Positions 11,062 to 26,084 of a stretch of 64,000 nucleotides of DNA are shown here, in pieces. The notes beneath the pieces are model-generated. The model searched no databases and had not been told where the DNA came from. It saw only the letters and a program-made list of their open reading frames with translations. This DNA comes from Podarcis melisellensis (lineage: Eukaryota). The position numbers were made by a program, and so were the translations under genes. The stretch lies in NCBI GenBank assembly GCA_964234715.1, contig OZ174277.1. One strand, written 5' to 3'. Every line of letters starts with the position of its first letter. Position 1 is the first letter of the stretch.

Positions 11062-14000
11062 AGTATGAATAAAGTATGTTCCCCCACTCCAATCACTTCA
11101 TGTACCTTACAGTTAAGAGATGAAGAAAGGGAGTGGGAAGCATATGGGAATTGGTAGGTTCTGTTTTGAGCAGAGAGATTTTTACGGGGTGCACACAGTA
11201 TGAGATAAAATGCAGGGAATCTCAAGCGAGATGCCCATAAAGTGGAAGTTGCTCCCAGTACCAGTCACCACACAGAAGCAGAGAAAGGTTACTGTTGCAG
11301 AAGATAAGGCTCAGTAAAACAGTTTTGTAAGTACAGTATATATATACAGCTTGTAGGCTTTTGCAGATACACACAGATACATACAAGTACAAAGTATTTC
11401 TGTTGCTCTAAATAAGTTATATAATTTAAGACATAACACTGGATAAGTAACACTGACTGCCTAACCAACTAACAGATACACAGACTAACTGCAGACTAAC
11501 AGACCACTGGATTGACATGTATTAATCACAAATATAGATGGGTCACTGGGTCGTTGCTGTAGCAACCACCTTGGATGACCTTGCACCTGCAAATAGCTCA
11601 TCCATGGAGTGATTTGCACTCATGAAGGAAATTAACCCATTCGCATGTCCAGTTACTCCAACATAAAATTCTTAGAGAAGCAAATGTTTCTGCCATTGAG
11701 CGGCTGTCACATTTATACATGGTGCTGCGGCAGGTGGAAAGGACTGGGAACTTGGTGGGGAGTAGCATAACCAAAGGCAGCTACTAAGTGGGTTTGCTGC
11801 CATCAGCATGGCCTTCCATGTTCTCTGGTCCCTTGTCCAATCAGCTAAGCACTTGATGGAAGGGTGCAGGACATGCTGAGAGCACACCAGAGTGCAGATT
11901 TTGTTCCACTCTGCTCCTCATATATCCAAACTGAGGAGGTGCATGCCCATCATACATGTGCTCTGTTTCACAGGGTGTGATATGAAACCTTGCTGTGAAC
12001 TGCAGGTACTGCCAGATGAGAACCAGTAAGGAATTCTATCACAGACCCAGTTTAGACTTCTTCATAACAAAGGCACTCAATTATGTTTGGCATTTTGCTG
12101 CTGCTGGCTCTCCATTTCATCGAAACATTTCATTGAGCCAAGACAGGACAATGGTTTAGCAATGGGAAGGACTAACTCAAATCTCATTGATTTCATGCAG
12201 TCTACTCAATGTATGACTAAGCCTCAATCCAACCTACTGAAATAGGCATTCTCAATTTTAACCTAAGAGCAGGAGTTGTAAAAGAAGATTCTTCATGTGT
12301 GCCAGTGGAGTCATAACGTATCCATGCACAAAAAGTTAAAACAATAAGGAAAAAATGCATATTTTTTTATCCAGTGAATTCTATGATTCTGTGGTAAACC
12401 ACTTCCATCTATAAAAACAAAAATAGTTTTGCTACATAAGTTGTTTTAATCAAATTTTGACAAACATTCCCTCTTTTCCCCCACATCCTTCAGATTGTAA
12501 ACATCTGGACTTTCATTTAATTTGGGTCAATAGTATACTGAGGAATCCTTGACTAGATTATTTTCTTCCTGTAGGATCAGCCAATCTATTTAACTATTAA
12601 ATGATGCCTTTCCCAATGCTTCATACCCATATAGAATTTCAATGAATGCTTCCTCAGCTGAAATGCGATAGCATAACTGTTATTTTTTACCTCTGCATCT
12701 CTGCCAAAGTTTATTAATAATTTACAGAGGTCTTGTCTCCAACAGAGCCACACAGGGATTCGTCATGTAAATACACCTCCTATCGTCCAGCTCATGGGAT
12801 GGTAAAAGTTGCTTGCCTTCAGAAATTACTTAATTGGATGCAAATGGGCAAATAAAAATGCAGCATATGTTATCAAAACTGATCTGTGTCTTTCTTCACC
12901 TATGTGTGAAGTCATCCTAAAAGATCCATGCTCTGGAGGCCCTTTGTCACAAACTCAGATGTGTAGGTTTGGCTGCAGTGACTTAGGGAGCAATCCTAAC
13001 TAGGGCTACCCACTGCAATTTATGTCAGTTCAAGTTACACCTGCATAAAATACACCAGAGCCAAGCCCCCTTCAGGAGTGAGCCTACAGTCAGTTCAGTT
13101 GGCTCAAACCCAACAGAGCAGAAACAAGCCTGTAAAATAAGTGGTAACTTACACTACCTTTTTTGCTAGTGTAAGTTCCATCAGACTTCCAATTCACATG
13201 CCTGAGCCGAAAAGATGTGTCCCTGCCACATCCCTGGAACACCCTTTCCTTGGGGACTTACTCCGTCCTCAGTTTACACCATCCTCAGCAAGGGACTTAC
13301 TCCAGTCTTTCTCAGTCTAAGCTGCAGTTGGAGCCTTACACCAGTATAACCCCAGATGAGCCAGGGTGGAGGCAGCTGAGCTGGAGATCCACAGGATCCC
13401 AGATCTTGGGTTTGGACTGCTCCATTAGGGTTAATTTATATTATTACCTCAGTGTGCAGCAGTATAATGTGCGGACAGAGTCTACTGCAAAAGGGTAAAT
13501 TCAGCCCATAAGAATTGTATCAACCCAACCAGCTTCATATAGGCTGAAGAAGAAGTCTGTGTAGCATTGGGCTCAATTTAACTGCCCCATTCCAACAAAC
13601 GTTACCAGCACTTTATTTTAAAGCATGGTCTGAAAATGTGGTTTAAGCTGTGATACTGTATGCCTAGTGTCTGAATCTTTTTAACATCTGTGATTCATTT
13701 GCAATTTCTTTTACTACTACAGAACATAGGCATAGCATATGAATTTGGGTCAGATATTCAGTTATCAATGAGTAGAATAACACTTTTTCTTTTAGACTCA
13801 GACCCAACAAGAATTTTACAAATAACACCCCAAAGATCCATCATGAAACAATTTTAGCACGGAGTATTTTATGCAAAATATTGAAAGATATACAATATAC
13901 TAAGTTAAAAAAAAATGAGCCAGTCACTTATATGTGTAGTTCTTGCTAAATTAACCAAATGTATTTGAGTTGGAGAAAAAAAAATCACAAAATAATAATC

Positions 14001-14156
14001 CAAGAAATTGGAAAATGTTTATTAATGATTGAAAAACAGATCTCACCTTTCTGTAAATAATGGTGATATGTTTGCTGTTACAATAGTTTAATCTGACTTT
14101 TGTTTTCCACTTTGATCATTGCATTTTATATGTACATGTTTGCAGATAGAGTAATA

Positions 14157-14363
14157 CAGGCAATTCCCATTTACATGGGGGTTACGTTCCGAGACACAGC
14201 ACACATAAGTGAAATCACATATATTTGAAAGACCATTGTAAAAGCCTGCAAACACCACATTCTGCCCCCTTTTGTGATGTTTTGGGGTTGCTTCTGGGAT
14301 CAGCGTGATGCATATGTGTGTGGCCATGCACATATTAAAAACATGTAAATGGGAGGTTGCCTG
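14157..14363. mobile_element. Tigger/pogo-type (Tc1-mariner) MITE
   Basis: TIRs CAGGCAATTCCCATTTACATG and CATGTAAATGGGAGGTTGCCTG, with TA on both flanks. Confidence 0.85.
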
Positions 14364-16339
14364 TATTAATAAAAATGTATAAGCAGCAACAACAATCCTA
14401 TACCTGCTTACCTGGCAATGGGAGTGAGTCAACATGCATAGGAGTTTGCTGTAAGATGGTTAGGGAACCTGGGGAGGGATTCAAACCCAAGATCCACCAA
14501 GGTGAGAGGAGTTTAGAATAGGTGGATCTCTGGCTGAGTCTAGGCTGAAGTCTCTTATCCCAGCTCAGCTAAGTCTTAAGCCCTTCCAGCCTCCTCAAAG
14601 CCTTCTGAGGCTGTGGTAAGTCCCAAAAAGGGGTTTTCTGGAGGAGGAGTGGGGCAGGCTGAGACTTACTCCTATTCCAATCTCTATTTACCTCAATCAC
14701 AGATGTTTCACTGGCAAAAAGGGTGGAGTAAGTCAAAAACTTTTTAAAGGCTTATTTTCCCCAGTGTAAAGTATACCACCCAGTGTAAAGTATGCCCATC
14801 CCACCTACCTAGGAGTAAGTTACAATGGGCTAAATGAAACTTACTTCTGAACTGACATGTGTGAGATTGTCCTGTTAGATGGATATCATGAATATGTGGG
14901 GACAATACAAACAGGGTTTGTTTTTGTTTGTTTGTTTGTTGTCCTAGCACTCCACTAAAACATTTTATATGAACAGAAAAGCATTTAAATTATCTTTTTA
15001 TACACTTATGAAAAAATGTGAGTCAGCTAGGTGAAAAACTGAAGGCAAATAAGTGCTTTCAGAATTCAGACACTGATTAAATTAGGTTTTCCATTTGAAT
15101 GTGAAGCATTACCAACCCCTGGCCATCACACAATATGCTACTTGTGGGGTGGGAATGCTTTGACATAAAAATTAAAAAATTGTGAATGAGGCCATTTAAA
15201 GACCCATATCAAAATGATTATTTACCAGAAATGATGTTTGCTTAAATGCTTGCTGTTTCCTAAAGCAGAAATTTATGTTTCATTTACACAGCAGAATACC
15301 ACAAACAGGTGCAGCAATTTCAATAGAGCTGTGCTTTCAATCCAAATGTGTGTCCTTTAGAACTGAAACATCCACCCCAGTCACACTATATAGCAGGGGT
15401 TGTGCTCCCAGTGAAATCAATACAGGAACTCTCTGTATCTTTTACCAAGAGAACAACGTAAGAGAAATTCCTCAAGTATTTACCAAGCCTTTACTCAGGA
15501 AAGACATCTACTGATACTTGGATAAGTCAGGATGTCAGGAGATTATTCTCATAGTGAACAGGCTCTCTTACATCTTTTAGCATCTGCAGTGTATGATGAT
15601 ATCCAGTTTGATATGTCTTTTAAACTTGAGAGAGGGTGGCAGGTGTGGAGAAATAGGAAAGCAATTCGTAGCATTCAATTTGTTGTCACTAATAAGGAAG
15701 GAATCTTTCTGTAATGAGGTTCATTGTGGTATTTCACTGCCTGGCAGTGGGTCCCAACATTTGTGGGTTGTAATACATAGTGCTAATTCAGCATCAGGAC
15801 CTGGGACAGCACATAGTTTGAGAGAGGTAGGACTAAAGGCCAAGTTAAATATGACTGTCATGTGGCTTGGCTTTGCATGACTAATTTTTGTTTAATAAAC
15901 GGATGGCATGGAAGTTGGCTGGGCTGGATCAGGACTGTACATAGCACCAGCAGAGGTGAACTTTAACTCTTTGCTCTTCCCAATGCCCTGATTGGAGCTG
16001 AGGCCTCCTGCACCTATAGCTGCAAGAAAAGCAAAGGTCCAATTGCCACCAATGGGAGTTTTTATCCCACTGAAAATAGTGGTGTGAGTAGCTCCTTATC
16101 CATTGAAGTCTTTGCAATAGAGATTGCCTGAGTGGCTGATTCAGGAGATATGTCAGGGACAGAGGGCCTTGCCCAAACTCATGGTTTTGGCATCTTAGGA
16201 CTGCTCCTCTGATTCAGAAGAGTCAGTGTTACTGAGTTATGACAAGAATAACTAGAATATTACCTATGAAGGCATTTATTATTTATTTATTTCATAAAAG
16301 TTATATACCACTTGCTTGCAAGAAAAATAACACCACCAC

Positions 16340-16375
16340 CAAACAAACAAACAAACAAACAAACAAACAAACAAA
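16340..16375. repeat. (CAAA)n microsatellite
   Basis: Direct reading of the sequence. Confidence 0.95.
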
Positions 16376-18228
16376 AAACCTCAAAGCGGTTTCAGATTAG
16401 CATTTGGTAGTTTTGTTGTATTTTATGCTTTTCTCCCAAATAATAAAAATCATTCTAAGCCCATTTGGATTAACCCATTTGATACAGCTTATGCTTTCTT
16501 TAAAGGTAAAATAAATTTCTTAGAGAGATGAAATGCAATTTGGCAACATCTCTGCATGATGGCCACAGTATATCACATCACAGAGAAGAAAGTGTCTCCT
16601 CTTTTCACATCTTTTCTGTTTGCCGGGCAGATCAGGAGCACTGTAAAGTAGTTTATTGAACTATCTTCACAAGCATGGTAGGATACAGGAGAAACATTCT
16701 GCTGTCACCAAAGAATATTTATCTCACAGAGTTAAACTGTCTTGCATTTTCAGTTTTGCATAAATACACATGCATTTCACCAGTGATTTGTCTGTCTGAG
16801 ACAAAGAGAACTGGGAAGGTGTCGGGATACTAAATAATTCATAGCAAAGCAGAGTGAGCCTGCCATAGAAATACAAGGGGAAAGGCACTTAGCAAGCATA
16901 TGCATCCCCAGCTAAAATATTAGGACATATTATTTAGAAACTGTGGGGAGGATGTTGCTGGAAGGGAGCTAATAAACACATACCAAAAAATAACAAAATT
17001 TGAAACAAGAGTTAATGATGTTTAAGTTGTTTGTTTGCAGTAAAGATTCAAGAGGCTGTTATTTCAGGGTTATTATCCTGAGATAAGAACCCTGTTCTGC
17101 ATAAACAAAGAATCTCAAAGTGTTTCATCCAGATGCTCGTTACTGATAATCTAAGGTCACTGTGCATCTCCTTAGAAGACTGGAGCTTGGGGTTGTATGG
17201 AAGCAGTGGCTTCAAGCAATGAAGCAGCACTGACTGGGAGTTTATAGAAGGAATTGAGGCTTCACCCCTTCCTGGCTCCCAGGCAGCAACAGATCTGGCC
17301 AGATGCTTTCATGCAATTTCCCATTCTCCTGAATAATCTCCAGTGTAGCTATCTGGGCAATTCGGTGGCAGCCCTGAAGGTCCTGCCTAGCTCACCGTCT
17401 CCTCTGCCTCTGGGGGAGATGGGGTGGTAGCACAGGATGCTGGGGGTAATGACCTCCAATCTTGGGGCAGGAATGTTTGGGTTACTGGCAGAATGGAAAT
17501 TTGCTAGAGGGCACTACTCCTCCTCCAAGCAGACCTTGGGGTCCAGGTCCAGACTGAACTTTGAACCTGAACTCTATGGATATAGGCTATTCTGTTTGTC
17601 TGAGAACTGCAATCTCTACCCACTAGAAATAACTAGCCCTTTCTATTTATTGATGAAAGTAACAAGAGCCCCTGACTTGCCAAGGGGAGTAGAGTCTTCT
17701 TCAGTTTGTTAAATCTAACCTCTTACTTATCTCAATTCAATAGGTTTATTATCATGGGCTAGGGCTCTGCCAGAAAAAATAGTCATATTTCCTGATGAAG
17801 GTCACTGTTCTTTTGCTTCATCAGTATACAATTACTACTTCTCCAGTAACAAATGCATCTGAAGTGCACAGGTATACATACATTGTTGGTTGCAGAGAGC
17901 CATGTCTTGCATAAAAATAGTGTGCTATGGAAAGGATAACTTTTAACATGCAACCATGCAGTTTTATAGCTGAAACATTAGCAAACAGCAGGGTTCCAAT
18001 AACCAGCTGGATACATAATATAAACTCATGTGCCATGTGAGGTTAAACTCGGAAGTTTTTAACAGGTGCTGCTCAGAACAAAAAGATACATATTTGTGGA
18101 CAATTTGCCTATATTATTCTGCAAATACAGAGCCGGTTATGCCCTTTTCAATTCACACATGACAACAGGGAAGCCTAATGTGCTTGGTCAGTATTCTCCA
18201 TAAAACGACCATTTTAATAGAGTGAGTA

Positions 18229-18370
18229 ACAGAATAATAGAATATAGGATCATAGAGCTGGAAGGGGACTTGAGGGTCATCTAATCCAACCCAGGCAATG
18301 CAGGAATCCTGCTCACAGACAACCCTGGAACCACCAACCTTCTGGTTAACAACCAGACACACTGATCCAC
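18229..18370 (-). mobile_element. tRNA-head/CR1-tail SINE, degenerate
   Basis: Minus strand has the tRNA-like ...GTTAACCAGAAGGTTGGTGGTTCC, then the CR1-type GATTCCTGCATTGC..GGTTGGATTAGATGACCCTC...CCTTCCAGCTCTATGAT and decayed ATTCTAT repeats. Confidence 0.7.
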
Positions 18371-19880
18371 CTGAGGAAGAGGACAGCAGGAGTGCAAGAT
18401 CAGATGCAACATTGGGTAGAGTTACAGTGCATGAGGTGTGGAAAGTGTTGGTTGACCAAGTAAGAAATATGGTGGACAAGGCTGACCCTTCTGGAAAGTC
18501 CAGGGGTTCTGAGGCAGATGAACTGGTATGGAAATAGCTCCAAAGAAGTGAAAAGTTTTAAAACCACTTGTCTAATGTCTCATGGAGAGATATATTCAGA
18601 AAGATTTGCACTGAAGCTCCGATTCTCTTTGGGGGTTCTCAGTGTTACAAACAATTCTTTACTAAATCACACTTCAAAAATAGTCACATCCTATGCATGT
18701 CTCTGAGTGGACAATTTATTCAAACAGCTTGTGCCTTAATTAGCAGAGCATAATCAGTAATCTGGTCAGATTTAGGAAACATTCTTGCTTCTCTGTTGGA
18801 TACAATAAAACACTCGAAGTGATGCTACACAAGGAATCTCATTTGGAGCCTGTTTCATTGTCCTCTTGTATAATATAGTGATTATATCAGCCATAACATG
18901 GGAGGGGGGAGATTAGATAGATAGATAAATAGATATAGATATATTAAGATGCCAGCAGTAGGCATACTTAATATGAACTATAAAATAATGCTCAAGTGCA
19001 TTCAGGTTTATGAGTGATTTTGTGAAAGGTATGCATGCATAAGAAAGCACCTGTATGCCAATCTTTCTGTGTATGCATGGGTCAAGTTTCCTATTAATGG
19101 AAACCTATTTATAATTGGACAAATGGGAACGAATAATGCTTGATAGTTTGATTGGTCTTAGGGACAACCATGGAGAGTCTGTAAAGACGCTCTGCAGGCA
19201 AGAGTCAAGAATAGCTGGTTTCCTTTCAAGAAATACTAGGTTCCTCTGTCAGTCAACATTTTCCTTTGCTTTCATATCATGTTTCTATGCTCTTTTATAT
19301 ATTTTTAAATAAAACCTCCTTTTTCTCTCAGGTTTGCACTTCCTTCTTTTACTTTTATGACTTGGCTCCTAAGCTCTTTCTGAGAATCAGTTTGTATGAT
19401 ACAAAAGAACACTAGAGAAAGAGCTCTCAGTAGATCATAGGCAGATTTCAGAAGGAGATTTTGTTTCCCAGGTATTCCCAGATCCCACAGTCTATCTCCT
19501 GGAATAATGTATGTTGTAGATAGCTGCATGCCACATTGGAGGAAAGAAAATATTCTTACCCCCCCCCCAAAAAAAAATCCCCTACAAAATTAACTAAGGT
19601 AGTATACCGTAATCAAGGTCATCCCCATGTCCGATTTGCTTCAGGGTCATTCAGACAACCATCCCCCCCTTCAAAACACTATGAATTTTCCACTCACCAT
19701 GAAGGGATCCCTGTGGAACAGCAGAATCCAATGGACTATGGATTCCACTACCCTTCAGGCTTATCTTTCTTGTTGCAAATATAGTTCCCACAAATCCTGC
19801 TACATGCCCTTCAGATAGTTTAATTCCAGGTGACGTCAGATATTGAGTGTGTGAATATACACACACATCAACAGACTCAT

Positions 19881-20006
19881 CGGCATATGGTAAACCCGTG
19901 AGCCCCTCCCATTACTACTCTCATCATCCCTGACCACTGGCCAAACTGGTTGGGGCTGATGAGAGTTGGAAACCAACATCTGTAGCACCACAGATTCCCC
20001 ATCCTC
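19881..20006. mobile_element. hAT/Charlie-like short MITE (common squamate family), degenerate
   Basis: CATCATCCCTGACCACTGGCC...GGGGCTGATGAGAGTTGG...ACATCTG core shared with the copies at 20186, 22826 and 46980. Confidence 0.65.
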
Positions 20007-20185
20007 CAACTAAAGAAAACAGAATACTTTGTGAAAACATGTAGGGCTAGATTGCAAATTTCTTCAGAAAAATAACAAAGCATTCTTCTTGATTCGACAT
20101 TATACAGTCCACTACCTTGTACCATTAAGCTGAAAAGTGAACATAAAATTTGTCCAAATGACAACTTACTATGTAATCTTTACAA

Positions 20186-20319
20186 CAGATGTGAGGAAGC
20201 TTTGGAATTCCAGATATTGCTGAACGACAACTCACATTATCCCTGGCCACTGGTCATGCTTGCTGGGATAGATAGCAGTAGCAGTTCAGCAAGATCTGGC
20301 AGGCCAAAGGTTCCCCATG
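20186..20319. mobile_element. hAT/Charlie-like short MITE, degenerate
   Basis: CCAGATATTGCTGAAC...GTTCAGCAAGATCTGG internal inverted repeat and a GGTTCCCCA end. Confidence 0.7.
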
Positions 20320-20794
20320 AAAGGAAACTAAGATCAATGTCAACTTTGATAAAATATTTAAGTGGCTTTTTCTTTCTAGAAATGTCTGAATAAAACTGAA
20401 CTGATTGTCTTGCTCTCTGCAAATTATGTTCATTCACTGATTGATCAGTACCATTTCAAAAGTATGGAATAAAAGTGGTTTGTATTTTAACTACAATGCT
20501 GTAACTACCGATTATATTGGAGTAACATCTGCTCACAGACAACTGAACTGCCTCACTAAAGCTGTTTTCCCATTTTCATCATTTAAATGGAAACATTAGT
20601 AGTCACTTAACCACAAAAATACTGTAACCCAAACATTATAACCCTTTTTTTAGTGATTTTGTTTATAATTTCAAAAAACAACATTATGATTGATGACAGC
20701 TCAGGCACTCAAAATTTAAGCACTGTGAATTTTTTTAACCCTTTGAAAAAGTGTTTTGCCATAACCACAAAGTATATCTTAAACTGATGGCATT

Positions 20795-20820
<26 letters not shown>
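20795..20820. repeat. (AC)13 microsatellite
   Basis: Direct reading of the sequence. Confidence 0.95.
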
Positions 20821-20825
<5 letters not shown>

Positions 20826-21464
20826 AATATTCTAGTGATAAGCAAGGGCTAATTAAGGTTGCTAGGGTCCCCTTCCCCCATAAGAAATACATGAAATGTA
20901 TTAATTTAAAAGCATTGGTGTTAATTTTAACCTGTTTTTAATATTTTAACCCTTTGTGTGTTTTAACTATTGTTGTAAATTTTCTTAGTTTTCATGCTCT
21001 ATCTTTTTATAAACTACTTTGAAGGTTTGGTTTTGTCTTATACAGTCAAGTGATGTACAAACTTTATGAAATAAATAAATAACTTTCTAAAGAGCTTTAT
21101 TTTTATCATCATCATCTCCAGGTCTTCTGTTATCTTAAAAACAAATCTATTATGGTCTAAGCGATTGTGGACTATAAAAAAATACTCTGACTTGGTGGTG
21201 TTTCACAGCTCCCAGGAAAACAGAAACAAAACACATTTTGCTAACCTTGTTAAACAAAAAGAAAATTCTCTGACTGGGTGCCGTTTCACATTTTAAACAC
21301 AACATTGGTTTTCCTCACTTCTTGCCATGGGCCAGTAACCAATTTCCAACCTAACCTACTTCATATGGCTGCTGTGAAGATGTAGAAGGAAATGGGACCT
21401 TATCATTTCAAAGCTTCAGTTAACATTAATCTGGCCTGATTATTGCATCAGATATTTAGATATA

Positions 21465-21690
21465 CAGTGGTACCTTTGGTTACATACTTAATTCGTTCCG
21501 GAGGTCCATTCTTAACCTGAAACCCTTCTTAACCTGAGGTACCACTTTAGCTAATGGGGCCTCCCACTGCCGCCGCACTGCCACTGTGTGATTTCTGTTC
21601 TCATCCTGGGGCAAAGTTCTTAACCTGAGGTACTACTTCCGGGTTAGCGGAGTCTGTAACCCAAAGTGTTTGTAACCCAAGGTACCACTG
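21465..21690 (+). mobile_element. Tigger/pogo-type MITE, family A copy 1 (strand is relative orientation only)
   Basis: TIR CAGTGGTACCT/GGTACCACTG, left TA target site, right TA mutated to CA; homologous over its length to copies at 38664, 54053 and 59153. Confidence 0.92.
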
Positions 21691-22825
21691 CATATGTCCC
21701 ACATGTTAAAGTAAGCTTATTCCCACTGTTATGTACTGTACATTATCCTTCACACACCCAACCACATTTATACTTATAATAGGGTCCACCCTATTAATAG
21801 GTTCCACTCTATTATTGTAACTGTAATTTGTTTTAAAACTATTTTTAATAATACAATTTACATTATTGTAATCCACCTCGAGACTTTACAATGGAGGGGC
21901 GGAAATAAATCAAACAACTATTAAAAATATCACCCTGTGAGGCAGACTAGGTTAAATCAATATAGGCACATAAGAAACAGCTCTTGCCAATAGATTCTCC
22001 TCCCCACAATCCACATATAATGTACGGAGCCTAGAAAATCTTGTTGGAATGCCTGGATGAGCACATGTACAGTATTTAAGTATTTGCAACCAATGTGAAG
22101 CAGATTCATTTTAGCGTTCTTCAGATCTAGGAATTCACTACAATATAATTTTGCTGCTTAAGATTCACTCGTCACTTCTTCCATTCAAATACAGACAAGC
22201 CCAAGCATACATGTGTAGAAGGCTACGTGTGGTAGCCAGGCATTTGGCACTTGTAATTAACTTTCAAGTGTTTAAATACTTGTTGAGAATTATGTTTCAG
22301 TTCTTATCCAGTCATCCTTATACATCCATATAAATTAAAAAGCATTTCCATGGGCTTCACAGTGTGGCTATCACAACCTTCTTCCTTTTGGGTAGTTAGT
22401 GCTTTTACATGCCTGTTCACAGATGTGGTCTACTGCTGCTCTGGCACATTTGCAGGATCCTCTCCCTCTTCAAAATCCCAACCAATCAGGGATCGAACTG
22501 TGAACCTAATAACATCATGGTGCCAAACAGATCCATTTGGCCATATGTTGCTTAAACGTCATGACATTCAGGGGCTGCTTGTACCTTCTGAAAATTTAAG
22601 CAAAACACACTTCCCACCTTTTGGGGGCTGGTCTTCAGCAGAACTGTTTCGTATTAGACTAACTGACATCTTAAATTTTAAGTCGGTTTAGATTCCTGTT
22701 CAGCTGTTCATTTGTTTGATTAGATCAAACAAAAATAGAAATCAGTGTTGGGAAAGAACAGCATGTAGAATCTGAAGCAGCTTCTGAAGGGACATTTCTA
22801 CTGGTTATTCAGCAGCTGCATTTCC

Positions 22826-22950
22826 ACAACCTGCTTTCCCCACAGCTGTTTCGGCTTATGAACTCCCTGACCATTGCCCATGCTGGCTATCGGTGGTGGG
22901 AGTTGTAGTTCAATACATCTGGAGGGCACCATGTTAGGAACAACTCTTCT
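22826..22950. mobile_element. hAT/Charlie-like short MITE, degenerate
   Basis: CCCTGACCATTGCCCATGCTGGCT...GGGAGTTGTAGTTCAATACATCTGGAGGGCACCA. Confidence 0.65.
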
Positions 22951-25900
22951 ACACAGTCAACTGAAGAAGTAACAGTCCAATGCAAGGGCAGACTTTGTAG
23001 CTCATGTATAAACCAAGTTGATCAGCTTTTCCAGCACTGCTAATTTACGGTAACCTAACCCTGCCTCAGTGCATCAACATGTGGCTGAAGGAACACTCTT
23101 GATCTAATTATCCAAGTTGGCTTTCAGACACAGATGAGGGCTTTTATTGTGTCTCCATTGTTCAGTTCTGGTGCTGAATGAGTCACCATAATTTTGAACT
23201 CAGTAAGCCAAAAACAAACAATCGCAACAAAAGCCAAAAAACTGAGGGGAAAATAGTATTTCTTTGGAAGATATGCCACGTCAAGTTTTCCTGGAGTAAA
23301 CGACAATCCAGATGTTGACACACTGCACAATTAAAGTTCATTTCCTATATTTAACTTGCTTTTCCTATTTCTCTCTCATAAATAAAATCTGTCACAGATT
23401 TTGCTGTGAATTAGCAACACAGCAAAATACAAAGAATAAGAGTGAGTAAGCCTACAGATATTGTCAGGAAATCTTAAGGTTCTCAGTCTAAAGCTGTATC
23501 TAAACAAGAATATAAACATCAACATACATTCTCCCCCTGAAAGCTTATAGCCTTCACAATGTAGTTCCGTCCTGTTTCAAACTGCTCTAGGCAGCGGTTT
23601 CTTCCTTAACACTGGCAAGGTTGACTCCATCTCCTGAAATTCCTGTAAAGTATATTTGGGGACCTTTTTTCCTACAGCATGAAAAGGTTTGCAAGTCGCT
23701 TGATTAAGAATACATTTCCTTCTCCAGTAGTAGCTCCATGGGGAATATTATGTATCTATACACTGTAGCTTAGCAGTGGTCAGAGCATTCCTGGAATATT
23801 TCTCTTGTATCATGTATCAGGGACAGATGTAGCTTGTTGCAAGCCCATATGTAGATGTAACAGTGCATGGTGCAAGAAAACAATGGACATATTATGGAAA
23901 TAATATCAAATTCATAATGAGGTTGTTCTACAAAACTGAACCACAAGTGAGATTTCATAGTGTTGTGAACACTGAAAACAACATACGTTGCTTTAGAGCT
24001 TTGCAAGTAATCATGCAAATTATGATTTTTTCCCAATTTATTTATTCAATATAAATTGTATAAATTTTAAAAATGAAAGTCACGCTTTCAGAAACTTGCA
24101 GATATGGTCAGGACAATTTTTAACTCCCCTCCAGTATGGGATATCCCATTCCTAAACACATTAGAATAAGTTCTGTTGATTTTATAGAATTAGAGGTGTC
24201 AAATGGCTGAAGAATTAATCTACACTCTAATAAGTTCATTCAATCAAATATTCATTTCAATTAAATATTAAATATAAGCATATTTGCATTTTACCTGTAC
24301 CTAGATATGTGCCTTTTTGATTAATCAAAGGAGTTGCAAACTAAAAGGAAGTTGTGTCATCTTTTATCATAACACACCAGAGCCAAATCACCTGCAAAAA
24401 TGAGTGCTTTCCCCTTAACTCTCAGTATTACCTACTATATCATCCCCATTGATCAATCAACTAAAGTTTCAGTTCATAAATCTGCTTCAAGCTTGCATCC
24501 CTTTCCAGAACAATAGCAAATGGAGTTGGATGGTGCTGAAAGGTCATTTAGTACAGTGTCCTTGTCCAAAGACAGGTGTATCCATTCGCTATCCCCTATA
24601 CATCTGCCAAAGTGAGCTAAATCTAGAGTACATCATTTAATAAGCAGCAAGCAGGTACATTGCGGAAAGATGCTCAAGACAGTGAACGAGTTCAATTGGT
24701 TCCAGCAAGTGAGCTACAGTGATTCAATGAAACATCTCTTTTCAAGTTAACACCTTGATACAAAGTTATACTGTAAACCATGCTGTGATCCTTGGAAAAA
24801 GAGCAGTATATAGATGTAATAAATAAAATAAATAAAAAGTTCTCTACCTGAATTAATGAAATTACTGATTCAATTGATTGGTAGTAACAAGAATGAGGAG
24901 CTGATCCTTATGTTCAATAGGGAAATCAGAGGAGAAACTCCATGGATGAAACCCTTTAATGTCTTTCAAAGAGGATAACACACTCCACTGGAGGAACAAA
25001 TTTCCACCCCCATAGTGCCCCCATGCATCCACAAAGTCTGCTGCCGAGATTTTGGGGAACTCTCTAGAGCAGAAGTCTGTTCATGCAACATTGAATATAG
25101 CACACTTTCAAAGTGGATTGCTGGGCTAGAATGTGCATGTTTAGATTTCAAGTATCTCACTGTCTACTATATTATTTTATAGTAACTGATATTTTTAAAA
25201 GTCATATTTTACTGTTCTTCCCTAACAATAGTTAAATTCTAATGTGTGATAATCACCTTGATTTTGTTAATAGTTTTCTAAGGTATAGAAGTATACAAAA
25301 AAAGCAATAACATTGAATAACATTACTGTCATGACCCTGCTACTAGGATGGTTACATCCTCGAGTGGGTTAATAGTGGTGGTAATATTGCCTTAGCATCT
25401 TTAAATGATTAAAATGCCTATCAAAATCACTTCTTCATTTACTGTACAATTTGTTTCAGTTAACAATTGATGATTTTATCACTTCTCAGCTAGTTATGAA
25501 ATCCCTCCTATTTGATGCTTCTTCCGGCTTTTATTCAGTTATAATTATATAATTCCTCATTTCTTATCCAATATATATTTTTAGATAGTCTGCATTTTTA
25601 AGAATAGGTTAGTTGCGCTGAGCTTAAGCTCTGTTGTCACTGTCTTGGTGACTAAGGATTAGGTCATGGCTATAATTTCTGAGAATATAAAGAAAATATT
25701 TCATGTTGTGTATTATTCAAGTGGAAAAAAGCAAGTGGAAAAAAATGGGTACTCTCCACCTTCCCTCCTCCCCCTAGGAATGTCTGATCTGCTACATGAA
25801 TATTTTCTTCTGAGCAGAAATGCTGTGTTTCTTAGACAGTGAATCTATCTATATAAATACTTTCCTTTTTATTATTTTCTTTCACAATTTAAACTTCCTG

Positions 25901-26084
25901 TCTATGCCAGCTATTGTTTTGTACTAAATCTTGGAAATTTGCTAACTTTGGGGGTCAGCCATTGTAGTGCCAAGGAAATGTGAGATTGTTAATAATTATA
26001 AAAATCATGATTGTGAAATTGTTTTCTAAATGTTTTATAGTATAAATTTGACCCACTGAACACAAAGAAATTACCCTTCCATAG

